This document shows, in pieces, positions 20,708 through 30,330 of a DNA stretch of 43,028 nt. Origin of the DNA: Candidatus Hermodarchaeota archaeon (GTDB lineage: Archaea; Asgardarchaeota; Lokiarchaeia; Sigyniarchaeales; SOKP01); NCBI GenBank assembly GCA_048885525.1, contig JBHLLP010000029.1, forward strand, positions 1-43,028, read 5' to 3'. Each line of letters begins with the position of its first letter. The stretch's first letter is position 1. Under the pieces are notes generated by a model. It was not told the origin of the DNA. It was given only the letters and a program-made list of their open reading frames with translations, and made no database searches. The position numbers and the translations under genes are program-made.

Positions 20708-22024
20708 TTGTCTACATTAATGAAAGTTGCGAAGAACGGAAATACGACTAGAGACATGGAAATTGTCGCCAGAAATGAGCAGTTGGATGTGGAATTTATA
20801 AGGCGAGGAATCGAAAAAGGAAGGATAATTATACCTAAATCAAATGTAAGAGAATTAGATCCACCTATAGGTATTGGTAAGGGATTATTAGTTAAAATCA
20901 ACGCGAATGTTGGTTCTTCTAAAACTGTTTGTAATATTAATGAAGAGGTTGAAAAAGCTAAAATAGCTGTTAAATATGGTTCAGATACAGTTATGGATTT
21001 AAGCACAGGTAAAACTGAAACTGATATTCAAACAATTAGGAAGCAAATCATTAATGAACTTAAAGTTCCGATAGGAACTGTTCCTATTTATCAGACTGCT
21101 TTAAGAGCTATTGAGACTAAAGGTGCTATTATTCATATGGATGAAGATGATATGTTCAATGTTATAGAGGAACAAGCAAAAGAAGGTGTTGATTTCTTTA
21201 CCATACATGTGGGAGTTACAAAAGAAATTATAAATTACTTAGTTAAGCATCCACGAACAATGGGTGTCGTATCAAGAGGAGGAACATTTTTAGCATCTTG
21301 GATATTAGAACATGAAACGGAAAATCCATTTAATAGTAGATATGATTATTTACTTGAAATGGCCCAAGAATATGATTTCACATTATCTCTTGGAGATGGT
21401 TTGAGACCTGGGTGTATCTTTGATTCTACAGATTATGTTCAGATACAAGAGTTACTTGAAATTTCCAAATTAGTAAAGCGAGCATGGAAAGCAAATGTTC
21501 AAGTTATGGTTGAAGGGCCAGGACATATTCCTGCTGATGAAATTGAGAGAAATGTTAAATTACAAAAATCTCTTTGCGATGAAGCACCTTTTTATGTCTT
21601 AGGACCATTAGTTACCGATATAGCTCCAGGATATGATGATATTGTAAGTGCAATAGGAGGTACTATTGCAGGATTAGCAGGTGCTGATTATTTATGTTAC
21701 GTAACCCCCTCAGAACATCTGGGACTTCCTACAAAAGAAGAAGTCAGGAGAGGTGTAATTGCGTCTAAAATTGCTGCTCATGCTGTTAATATTGCCAAAT
21801 ACGGTAAAAGAGCTTCTAATTGGGATTATAAGATGGATATTGCTCGAAAAAACTTGGATTGGGAAAATATGATTCAACATTCAATCGATCCTGATTTGGC
21901 AAGAGAAGTTCACTATAGAAATGGAAATTCTATTGATAGTGAAGTTTGTAGTATGTGTGGAGAATTCTGTGCTATTAAACTATTAAAAGATACTTTAGAA
22001 AGTAAGAAGAAATCTAAAAAATAA
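20708..22024 (+). CDS. thiC: Phosphomethylpyrimidine synthase ThiC
   Basis: KINANVG.S, DTVMDLSTG, GTVPIYQ, GVDFFTIH, VSRGG, SLGDGLRPG, VEGPGH, PFYVLGPLVTDIAPGYD, LCYVTPSEHL.LP, CSMCGEFC. Confidence 0.97.
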   Translation: MSTLMKVAKNGNTTRDMEIVARNEQLDVEFIRRGIEKGRIIIPKSNVRELDPPIGIGKGLLVKINANVGSSKTVCNINEEVEKAKIAVKYGSDTVMDLSTGKTETDIQTIRKQIINELKVPIGTVPIYQTALRAIETKGAIIHMDEDDMFNVIEEQAKEGVDFFTIHVGVTKEIINYLVKHPRTMGVVSRGGTFLASWILEHETENPFNSRYDYLLEMAQEYDFTLSLGDGLRPGCIFDSTDYVQIQELLEISKLVKRAWKANVQVMVEGPGHIPADEIERNVKLQKSLCDEAPFYVLGPLVTDIAPGYDDIVSAIGGTIAGLAGADYLCYVTPSEHLGLPTKEEVRRGVIASKIAAHAVNIAKYGKRASNWDYKMDIARKNLDWENMIQHSIDPDLAREVHYRNGNSIDSEVCSMCGEFCAIKLLKDTLESKKKSKK

Positions 22025-22107
22025 AAGGATAATCTATATTAATTCATACCAAATATTTTTTAGGTTTGATAAATCCTATATTGGTATTAAATAATTAAAA
22101 CTTATTT

Positions 22108-22548
22108 TTATATTAGGTCTGTTGGTCTTGTTTTCCAAATTTTAATAGATTCAAAAATAAATACTGTTGTTCCAAAAATCAAAAAGAACAGTAATATTAT
22201 ACTACCTGGATTGCTAATAAAATTGTCACCATAAATACAAGCAAAAATTGTATAGACTATAAAACCTAGAACATTGACAATTAAGTATAATGAATATCGA
22301 GGTATCATCAAAAAACCGATACGGATATAAAAACCCAGCATTCCTTTTTTTAATTCTTCATTCACGTAATATTTTCCATCTTTATCATTTTTTGATATAA
22401 TTCCAGCATCTGATAATTTTTTTATTTGATAAGATACGGTTCCAGGAGACGAAATTTTCAATGACTTCTGAATTTCCCTTACTCCAGCACGCTTGTGAGT
22501 TAATATATACCAATAGATTTGAAGAGTTTTGCCTCTTAATACTTTTTC
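22108..22548 (-). repeat. Copy 1 of the duplicated wHTH-2TM module (copy 2 at 25051-25491)
   Basis: About 146 aa align without gaps; ~33 differences by hand count (~77% identity). Identical DNA stretches such as ttcaatgacttctgaatttcccttactccagcacg. Confidence 0.92.
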
Positions 22549-22677
22549 ATGGCTAATATTAATAACTTTTGTTTTAATGTCCGTTTTTGATATTACTTGC
22601 TTTGTTTCAATCTGATATATAGATTCTGGTTGTGTCTTTAGTCTTTCAAGTTTATGCTTTAATTTCTCAGGTGTCAT
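22108..22677 (-). CDS. Membrane-anchored winged-helix transcriptional regulator (wHTH + 2 C-terminal TM)
   Basis: LRGKTLQIYWYIL...GVREIQKSL.ISSPGTVSYQIKKL..AGII...DGKYYV (wHTH), then two hydrophobic helices. The start overlaps the upstream stop (ATGA, 22677-22674). Confidence 0.85.
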   Translation of the reverse strand: MTPEKLKHKLERLKTQPESIYQIETKQVISKTDIKTKVINISHEKVLRGKTLQIYWYILTHKRAGVREIQKSLKISSPGTVSYQIKKLSDAGIISKNDKDGKYYVNEELKKGMLGFYIRIGFLMIPRYSLYLIVNVLGFIVYTIFACIYGDNFISNPGSIILLFFLIFGTTVFIFESIKIWKTRPTDLI

Positions 22678-24803
22678 GATACATCATACTCTTCTTTGAT
22701 TTTTTTCATTAAATTACGATTTTTATTTAAAACCACACTTATTAAGACAATGATTGGCCCAATAATGATGAGGATAATTGGAAGATATCTAAACGTCAAT
22801 AATATTAAATTTATGTCACCGAGACGAAGAATTGCATTTCCTTTTAATTGAATTTCAGAAAAACGTAGATTAATATTTGAAGCGACAATTTCCAATTTGT
22901 TCCAGGACTGACTGCTATAATTCCATTGAAAAATTTCTTGTTCTTTAAGTCGAGTAGAAGAATGAATCTCATCTAAATCATAATAACACCTTATTTGATA
23001 TTCTAAATCAGAATTATTAACCTGAAGCTCATAAAACTTACCTGCTTCTTGTTGATTAGGAATAAGATTCTTAAATTGATGTGTCATTGTCATGTTCCAT
23101 TCAAGTTCGTGGTCTTGTAGGCTGACAAGACCATCTGTAAATGGAAAATAAATAGGTTCGGAAGACACTTCGATTTCTTCCATATTATAGATATCAATAT
23201 CTTGATTTTCAGGAAAATACTTAAAGATAAGTCGTCCAACCTTATCCATCTGAATAAAGGGGGCCACGTGAGTTGCTTTTAAGTAAGTCTTTTTTGTTTC
23301 TTGTAATAAAAGAAAGGGAGCCTCTTCCTGAGCAATATTTTGCACTTGAAAATAATAATACTCACGTTCTTGTTGAACAGGTGTTTGTTGACCTAAATCT
23401 GTATACATATCAATCTCAGCATTTGAATAACCACCGTAATTATCAGTCCCTGAAGTATGAAGAAGACTTCTGGAAACGCTAGGATCCGTTAACGGTAACC
23501 ACCCCAGGATAAAAAGATCAAAATCTCCTGCAAGAAGTTTCGATAATATTTCATCAAACGCACCAGTGACAATATAACAACGGATACCAACCAGATCGAG
23601 ATCTGCTTTAATTGCTTCTAATTCTTCATTACCCCATCCTACTAGTTCAATATCAAAACGATACCCATCACCAAGTCTGTGATATCCCGCATTATCTAAT
23701 ATGGTATTTGCAATATCAATATTATATGGATACCCTTGAATTGATTTATCATGATATGGATCTCCAGAATAAATTACGCTCCGAAGAGGGTTTACTCCTT
23801 CGTTTAAATTTGCATACTGATAATCGGTAAATTGTTGCTTATTGATAGCATAATTTATCGCTAATCTTACATTTTGATCATTTACAATTGGGCGGGAATG
23901 ATTGAAACATCCAATGCGCAGGCCATAAGGATTACCCAAAGACGCTTCCCAGTATGTATCACTTACCGGTAATAAATCCACTCGTATAGTGGTGAGATCT
24001 CCCTCGTGTGCTAGCACGGCAGCTTGAAAGTCCTCCTCAGAACTATATTTGAAATATTGGATTTCTTCAAAAGGTGGAACTCCACGAAAATGTTGTTCGT
24101 TTCGGATAAATTTCTGAAAAGTTTCATTACTAGCAATCACATCTAAATAATATGGTCCAGTTCCAATTGGTACAGTAATATTCGGACCCCCTCCAAAACT
24201 ATTTGGTGAAAAAATCCCAATCCACGGAGCTTCATAATATATAAAGGGAGCATAAGATTCATTAAAGTTAATAGACACTTTGAATTCTTCTAAAATTTCA
24301 ACAGACTCTAATGGCATATGGCTTAGGTCTGTCTGCGGAACAGCTACATAGGCTGGATGTGTAGGGTCAATAAATCGATCATAAGTGAACTTAACTGAGG
24401 ATGCGTTAAATTTTGTACCATCGTGGAATGTTACATCATCTCTGAGCGTAAAAATCCAGTGTTTACTATCATTTGTAACCACCCATTGCTTAGCTAATGC
24501 TGGCATAAGTTCTTCTGTATCAAATGAATATTCGACTAGGGGATCGTAAACAAACGAGGCTATATATGAAGGTGTACGAATAATATCATAATCAATCCCC
24601 CAATCAAAATAGGGAGGTGAAATGTATTTCAGTATTATAGGAGGGTCAAGATTAGCTGATGATTCGATCCCGTGAGAAATTACGTCTTCAGAATCTTGCT
24701 CTGAAAAGTTAGATTTCATCGAATTTATTGGGATAAATTGAATTGTGATTAAAAGAAGAAAGCAAATGGCAATAAAACGACGAGTTTTTAGCTTATCGTA
24801 CAT
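22674..24803 (-). CDS. Family 5 (Opp/Dpp-type) solute-binding protein with C-terminal TM anchor; no cognate permease or ATPase nearby
   Basis: VYDPLV...PALAKQW...WIFTLRDDVTFHDGTKFNASSVKFT, PIGTGPY, VRLAINYAINK, NYGGYSNAEID, ERE..Y..VQ....EEAP; N-terminal signal and C-terminal hydrophobic helix with basic tail. Confidence 0.9.
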   Translation of the reverse strand: MYDKLKTRRFIAICFLLLITIQFIPINSMKSNFSEQDSEDVISHGIESSANLDPPIILKYISPPYFDWGIDYDIIRTPSYIASFVYDPLVEYSFDTEELMPALAKQWVVTNDSKHWIFTLRDDVTFHDGTKFNASSVKFTYDRFIDPTHPAYVAVPQTDLSHMPLESVEILEEFKVSINFNESYAPFIYYEAPWIGIFSPNSFGGGPNITVPIGTGPYYLDVIASNETFQKFIRNEQHFRGVPPFEEIQYFKYSSEEDFQAAVLAHEGDLTTIRVDLLPVSDTYWEASLGNPYGLRIGCFNHSRPIVNDQNVRLAINYAINKQQFTDYQYANLNEGVNPLRSVIYSGDPYHDKSIQGYPYNIDIANTILDNAGYHRLGDGYRFDIELVGWGNEELEAIKADLDLVGIRCYIVTGAFDEILSKLLAGDFDLFILGWLPLTDPSVSRSLLHTSGTDNYGGYSNAEIDMYTDLGQQTPVQQEREYYYFQVQNIAQEEAPFLLLQETKKTYLKATHVAPFIQMDKVGRLIFKYFPENQDIDIYNMEEIEVSSEPIYFPFTDGLVSLQDHELEWNMTMTHQFKNLIPNQQEAGKFYELQVNNSDLEYQIRCYYDLDEIHSSTRLKEQEIFQWNYSSQSWNKLEIVASNINLRFSEIQLKGNAILRLGDINLILLTFRYLPIILIIIGPIIVLISVVLNKNRNLMKKIKEEYDVS

Positions 24804-24875
24804 TTTTTCTTTTTTAAAAATTTTAATGAAAAAATATTAGTTGTTAAATAATTCATTCATTTGCTATGTTATATA

Positions 24876-24912
24876 ACTATGTTTTGTACACTCTGTTCAA
24901 AATATCGTACAC
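24876..24912 (-). promoter_or_regulatory. 37-bp conserved upstream motif, copy 1 (three GT[A/T]CA boxes)
   Basis: actatgttttGTACActctGTTCAaaatatcGTACAc; 30/37 identical to 29902-29938; about 73 bp upstream of the SBP start. Confidence 0.7.
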
Positions 24913-25050
24913 TATTACTTTTATAGGATTATGGTTCACTTTAAGAAATTCAGACAATAAAGGAATAATATATTGAGATTTTTGTATGATAAAATTATTA
25001 AAAGATACTTTAGAACGTAAGATAAAGTTCATTTATTTCATATCTCATTT

Positions 25051-25491
25051 TTATTTTAACTTAGATGGTCTAGTTTTCCAAACTTTAATAGATTCATAAA
25101 TAAATATAGCAGTCCCAATAATCAAAAAAATTAGTAGAAGTAGACTCCCTGGATTGGTAATAAATCTGTCGCCGTAAATACTAGCAAACATTATATAGCC
25201 TATAAAGCCTAGAACATTGATTATTAAGTATAACGAGAAACGGGGTATCATAAGATAACCAATATGAATATAAAATCCTAATATCCCCCTTCTTAATTCC
25301 TTATTCACATAATACTTTCCATCTTTATCGTTTTTTGATATAATACCTGCCTTTAATAATTTATTTATTTGATATGATACGGTTCCTGGTGATGAAATAT
25401 TCAATGACTTCTGAATTTCCCTTACTCCAGCACGATGGTGAGTTAAAATATACCAATAAACTTGAAGAGTTGTACCTCGCAATAATTTTTC
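25051..25491 (-). repeat. Copy 2 of the duplicated wHTH-2TM module
   Basis: See copy 1 at 22108-22548. Confidence 0.92.
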
Positions 25492-27918
25492 TTGATTAAC
25501 GATAAGAGGTTTTTTTTTGATTTCAGTTTTTAATCTTATTTGTGTGAGTTCCTTATTGAATTTATAGCCTGATCGTATCTTTCCTATTCCCTTGTTTGGT
25601 TTCTCAGTTAGAATTATCGATAAAATAGATAGTGTACCAAGAGAAGTAAGAGATAGAATAAATATAATGCCAACTCTTGGATTTAATATATTTTCTGGTT
25701 CTATACAGCTGTTATCAGGTATTTCATAATAATCTGCATCCGTATTGTTCATAAATATATTCCCGTTTACAGTATTATAACAGGAAAGTTCTAGATATAT
25801 TCCAATCTCGTTGTTACTTACTATATTTCCCAAAATTGAGTTATAATTACTCATATTTAAACCAATGCCTATCCACATATTATTATTTGCGGTATTCCCT
25901 GAGATAGTGTTATTATCGCTATCTTGTAGGGCGATCCCCGCAAGAGTATTGTAGTTTGCGGTATTTCCTGAAATATTATTATTGGTACTATTAACTAAGC
26001 CTATACCAAGAATATCATTATTATTTGCGATATTTCCTGATATAGTGTTTCTATCACTATCTATTAAAACAATCGCTGCAAGATTATTATTTTTTCCAGA
26101 GTTAACAGAAATTAGGTTCCCGCTACTGTTTAGAATTAATATAATGCCAACATCATTATAGTCAACAATGTTTTCTGTAATATTAGTGTAATCACTGCTC
26201 GATATGAATATCCCATTATCACTAGTAGTCACAATGTTTTTTGAAACGATATTATTATCACCACGTATATCTATTCCATTACCAGTATAAGTGATAGTGT
26301 TTTCCGAAACAAAATTATTATTACCGTCAATAGCTATCCCTAAATATTCATTATCAATTGCTATATTTCTCGTAAAGCTATTATTTTCACTAGAATACAA
26401 ATAAATACCATGATCGTTGTTATATACGGTGTTTTCCGAGAAAACATTAGAATTACTAACAAATATATAGATACCATGATAGCTGTTATTTACGCTGTTT
26501 CCTGAGATATTATTATAATTACTGAAATATAAAGAAATACCATTATAGCTGTTATATATGCTGTTTCCTGAGACATTATTATAATTACTATCTACCAAGA
26601 TCCCATTATCTGTGTTATTGGTTATTGTGTTTTCGGAAACATGATTATTGTTACAATTTGATGATAATTCTATCCCATTATCGTTATAATTTGCAGTATT
26701 TCTTGAGAAAATATTATAATTACTAGAAACTAAATAAATACCGCGAGAGTTGTTATACACGGTGTTTCCTGAGAAATTATTATAATTACTATAACGTACA
26801 TTGATCCCGTTAAAACCGTTACTATGTGCGTTATTTTGGGATATAGTGCTATAATTACTCTCATATAAATGTATCCCATCAAATATATTATTGTTCACTG
26901 TGTTCTCTGTGATGTTGATATTATTGGAATAGTATAAATTAATTCCTGCAGAGCAGTAAGAAATATTCAAATTTGATATAATTGAATCACTACAATTAAC
27001 CAAAAAGACCTGTCCAGCATTAGTGAAATTGTTTGGGCTTAAACTGATTTCATTTGTATAGTAATATATAGGTTTTCCATTCACGAGATTAGTAGTATCG
27101 AAATTATATGAATTTAATTCTTCAAGTGAACCCTCTATGCCAAATCCCCCTTTATCCATTATATTTCCAGTAATGGTATAATTATTACCACCGTTAATGT
27201 CCATCCCGTAAGTATTATTATTTAAGTTATTTCCAGATAAAATATTATTATTACCACAGATCCTCATCACATAAAGATTGTTATTTAATGTATTCCCAGA
27301 AATGCTATTATTATCACCATATATATCCATTCCGAGAAAATCGTGGTTATTGAAAAAGTTACCTGTAATAGTGATATCTTGGCATCTCTGTATAAATATC
27401 CCGTAAATATTATTATTTACAATGTTTCCAGAAATAGTGTTATTGAAACAATTTTCTAAAAATATTCCACACCAATTAAATGAGCAATTATTATTGATTA
27501 ATCGAGAATTATTCACATACGATAATACAATTCCCCCTCCCCAAAAGGAATCCCAAAAAGAAATAAATATTGTATTATAGACAGTAATATTTTCAATCCT
27601 AAAATATACGCTAGAGTTTTCAATAAAGATACCATATGACATACTTTGGGCATCTATAATTAAATCCTCTATGACATATGGATCAGAGAAGTTGCCTGAA
27701 CCAGTTACTATGCCCACACTCTTCGCGTCCGTCCAATTATTATTAATATGAATGCTCCCTAAAATTTTTGAAATTTTTAAATTTCTGGTATCTAAATTAA
27801 TATCATTGCTTTTTTCGCGATTTCCAGTATTAAGCATGAAATTGTAATATATTTTTATTGAGAATGCGAAAATAATTCCAAAAGTTATTAAAATTATAAT
27901 TTTTGGTTTTGATTTCAT
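25051..27918 (-). CDS. NosD-like parallel beta-helix surface domain fused to TM + wHTH + 2 TM
   Basis: Signal/TM, TGSG...DPYVIEDLIID entry motif, many 22-23 aa 'GI.L..S..N.ISGN...NN' repeats, a TM (VGIIFILSLTSLGTLSILSIIL), then the same wHTH-2TM module as 22108..22677. Confidence 0.9.
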   Translation of the reverse strand: MKSKPKIIILITFGIIFAFSIKIYYNFMLNTGNREKSNDINLDTRNLKISKILGSIHINNNWTDAKSVGIVTGSGNFSDPYVIEDLIIDAQSMSYGIFIENSSVYFRIENITVYNTIFISFWDSFWGGGIVLSYVNNSRLINNNCSFNWCGIFLENCFNNTISGNIVNNNIYGIFIQRCQDITITGNFFNNHDFLGMDIYGDNNSISGNTLNNNLYVMRICGNNNILSGNNLNNNTYGMDINGGNNYTITGNIMDKGGFGIEGSLEELNSYNFDTTNLVNGKPIYYYTNEISLSPNNFTNAGQVFLVNCSDSIISNLNISYCSAGINLYYSNNINITENTVNNNIFDGIHLYESNYSTISQNNAHSNGFNGINVRYSNYNNFSGNTVYNNSRGIYLVSSNYNIFSRNTANYNDNGIELSSNCNNNHVSENTITNNTDNGILVDSNYNNVSGNSIYNSYNGISLYFSNYNNISGNSVNNSYHGIYIFVSNSNVFSENTVYNNDHGIYLYSSENNSFTRNIAIDNEYLGIAIDGNNNFVSENTITYTGNGIDIRGDNNIVSKNIVTTSDNGIFISSSDYTNITENIVDYNDVGIILILNSSGNLISVNSGKNNNLAAIVLIDSDRNTISGNIANNNDILGIGLVNSTNNNISGNTANYNTLAGIALQDSDNNTISGNTANNNMWIGIGLNMSNYNSILGNIVSNNEIGIYLELSCYNTVNGNIFMNNTDADYYEIPDNSCIEPENILNPRVGIIFILSLTSLGTLSILSIILTEKPNKGIGKIRSGYKFNKELTQIRLKTEIKKKPLIVNQEKLLRGTTLQVYWYILTHHRAGVREIQKSLNISSPGTVSYQINKLLKAGIISKNDKDGKYYVNKELRRGILGFYIHIGYLMIPRFSLYLIINVLGFIGYIMFASIYGDRFITNPGSLLLLIFLIIGTAIFIYESIKVWKTRPSKLK
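26471..26589. repeat. 66-bp-period tandem repeat inside the beta-helix gene
   Basis: ataccatgatagctgttatttacgctgtttcctgagatattattataattact (26471) versus ataccattatagctgttatatatgctgtttcctgagacattattataattact (26537). Looser copies near 26700-26790. Confidence 0.75.
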
Positions 27919-28277
27919 TCCATATTCTCCAAAATATCATTTATGTTAGGGAATTGTAAAGTAGTTATGTCTTCCACTTTTTCAAAAATAAGATCTCAAA
28001 TTAAAGGTCAGATGTAAACGTTGAATAACATATTTATGAAAATTATATTATGACTGTGGTTTTTCATCCTTTTCGATATTTCTCTGCTTTTTAAAGTTTT
28101 ATTAAGTTTTTAACTATAATAAAGGTTAGTATAATAAATTAATAGAATGTTATTTTAACATTAATTCACATTTCCGAGTTTAGAAATAGAACTAAGATTT
28201 TTCGATATGAATTTAAAAATCATGAATTTAAAAAAAGAGTCAATTGGAATATTTTTATACTAAAATTTCGATAAAAT

Positions 28278-28334
28278 TAAAAAAAAAAGAATTTTTTAGC
28301 TATAGTAAATCGAGAATACGTCCAGCTCGATTTA
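28278..28334 (-). terminator. Hairpin plus U-tract after the Kelch-repeat gene
   Basis: Perfect 9-bp inverted repeat TAAATCGAG-N11-CTCGATTTA (28306-28334) just past the stop at 28344, followed on the minus strand by a T run. Confidence 0.5.
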
Positions 28335-28343
28335 ATTTAATTT

Positions 28344-29813
28344 TCACGATTTTTTAATTTTTTTACTTATAATGACTACTACAATAGATAGAGTGCCAAT
28401 TAGAAAAAATATACTATATCCTGGAATTCCTTCCTCTTGTACTTTAATAAAAGGGGAATTAGATGGTCCTGAACTTCCAGCTACATTATTAGCAATAATG
28501 GCATAATACCAACTTCCTAATCCCGGTACAGTATCTGTAGTGCTGGTTCCTGTAATAGTTTTTATTTCTGTGGCCGAATTCAGATTACCAGAAGTAATTT
28601 CTGAGGTGTGGCGATAAAGCGTATAATTATCAGCACCACTAGACGCAGTCCATTGAAGTGATATATTATAACTTGTTGTTGGAGAAGATGTTGTTATTGT
28701 TAACGTTGGTGGGTCTGGCGGTATTATATTTTTTCTCTCCCAACTGTTAGTATTTACGTCGTATGCCCACGTCTTGCCTTGTATGTCATCAATAAGGGTA
28801 GAACCAGAATCCCAGGGACCAGTAGTACCACCATAGATTATGACTCTATCTGACTCTGAGTCATATGCAGCTGCATGACGACATCTAGCAGAAGGGCTTG
28901 TAGTGGGACTCATTTGATCCCAAGTATTGTTGTTATAATTATATAACCAAGTATCACCGTAAGTTGAAAACACAGTACCCCCACCAAAAAGCACAACCCT
29001 ATCGGATTCGCTGTCGTATGCCATTTTATGTTCTGATCGTTTTGAGGGATGGGTATTACTAGTCAGGTTTTCCCAAGTATCGCTGTTATAATCGTAAGCC
29101 CATGTCTCATCAAGGGAATCAAATCCTAAACCTGGACATCCTCCGAAAAGGATTATTCGGTCGCTCTCGCTATCATAAACCATATCATGATTGACTCGTG
29201 CCAAGGGAGATTGAACGGGGCTCATTTTTTGCCAAGTATTGCTCCCTGGATCATATGCCCAAGTTTCATTGAAAAAAATTGCCACAGGATATGGGAATTC
29301 CTCCATTCCTCCAAACAGGATAATCCTATCACTCTCTGAATCATACGCCATACTATGGGCCCTTCTTTCTGACGGAGCGCTAACTGGAAAAAGCTGAGTC
29401 CAAGTATCTGAATTGTAATCATAAGTCCAGGTATCATTACGCTCCCCCGAGACTGTCCAATTTTCCATGCCACCAAAAAGAACTATCTTATCCCTTAATG
29501 AATCATAGACCATACCCATTTCTGCTCTTCGACGGGGTGCCGGTGAAGGTGTTTTTTTAGTGTATGTGTCACTGTTGAAATCATATATCCATGTGTCTTG
29601 ATGTGATGGAGTTGTTGACATGTTCCATCCTCCGAATATGACGATTTTGTCTGATTGACTGTCGTATGCCATTCCAGGATTACCGCGAGTTGGAAGATCG
29701 GGTGAATCAGCCATAGCTCCTGGTGATATATTTATTAACACGATGAGAAGAATACTAGCTATTATGCCAGATATCATTAACTTATTCTTTCTGTAATTCT
29801 TATCTCTTTTCAT
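28344..29813 (-). CDS. Cell-surface Kelch-type beta-propeller protein with FN3-like domain and Loki-CTERM-type anchor
   Basis: Six ~50-aa repeats 'P..R..H.MAYDSESDRIILFGG...TW.YDYNS.TW', a signal peptide, an FN3-like module, and GIPGY-TM-KKIKKS. Confidence 0.9.
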   Translation of the reverse strand: MKRDKNYRKNKLMISGIIASILLIVLINISPGAMADSPDLPTRGNPGMAYDSQSDKIVIFGGWNMSTTPSHQDTWIYDFNSDTYTKKTPSPAPRRRAEMGMVYDSLRDKIVLFGGMENWTVSGERNDTWTYDYNSDTWTQLFPVSAPSERRAHSMAYDSESDRIILFGGMEEFPYPVAIFFNETWAYDPGSNTWQKMSPVQSPLARVNHDMVYDSESDRIILFGGCPGLGFDSLDETWAYDYNSDTWENLTSNTHPSKRSEHKMAYDSESDRVVLFGGGTVFSTYGDTWLYNYNNNTWDQMSPTTSPSARCRHAAAYDSESDRVIIYGGTTGPWDSGSTLIDDIQGKTWAYDVNTNSWERKNIIPPDPPTLTITTSSPTTSYNISLQWTASSGADNYTLYRHTSEITSGNLNSATEIKTITGTSTTDTVPGLGSWYYAIIANNVAGSSGPSNSPFIKVQEEGIPGYSIFFLIGTLSIVVVIISKKIKKS

Positions 29814-29901
29814 TTTTCAAAACCTTTTTTTTCTCTATTATTAAGTTGTTAAAGATTGTTCAAAAATTGTTGATTTATAGTTTCTTTTTCTGTTTTTTAA
29901 C

Positions 29902-29938
29902 ACTATTTTTCGTACATACTGTTCAAAAAGTTGTACAC
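29902..29938 (-). promoter_or_regulatory. 37-bp conserved upstream motif, copy 2
   Basis: actatttttcGTACAtactGTTCAaaaagttGTACAc; about 89 bp upstream of the Kelch gene start, same orientation as copy 1. Confidence 0.7.
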
Positions 29939-30330
29939 AATAATCACTTTACAATTTGCTGAATTCAAAAATAAAAAATACAGGCGATTTTTTAATAATG
30001 GTGATGTGAATATAATATATGGGTCATGTTGTGTGAATATGTCATTAAAAGATAAATTAGAAAAAATTGAAACACTAATTTAATAAATAGATGGATCTTT
30101 ATAATGTAAATCTTATATAATGGATTTTAGAGTCCTGATCTAGCTTAAAAAATTCAGTGAAAAATGGTAAAAATATTGATTATGAAGTTTAAAGGAGGTA
30201 TGTGGAAACTTATGCAATAAATCTCTAAAAAGAAGTGTTGGAAAATAAAATAAAATTAAAGAATTAGATTAATAATATTAATCTTTTATACTTTTATTTA
30301 AAAAGTCAATTTTTTTTAATAGTAATAATC

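Noticed and set aside
25700-27500. Periodic repeats as a CRISPR array
   Set aside because: The repeats are degenerate, in-frame coding units of a beta-helix, with no constant repeat/unique spacer pattern and no cas genes.
30039-30250. Possible decayed ORF (MSLKDKLEKIETLI...) upstream of thiD
   Set aside because: Multiple stops and no recognisable family; cannot be supported.
22030-30330. Mobile element boundaries around the surface-protein block
   Set aside because: No terminal inverted repeats, target-site duplication, integrase or transposase were found by eye.
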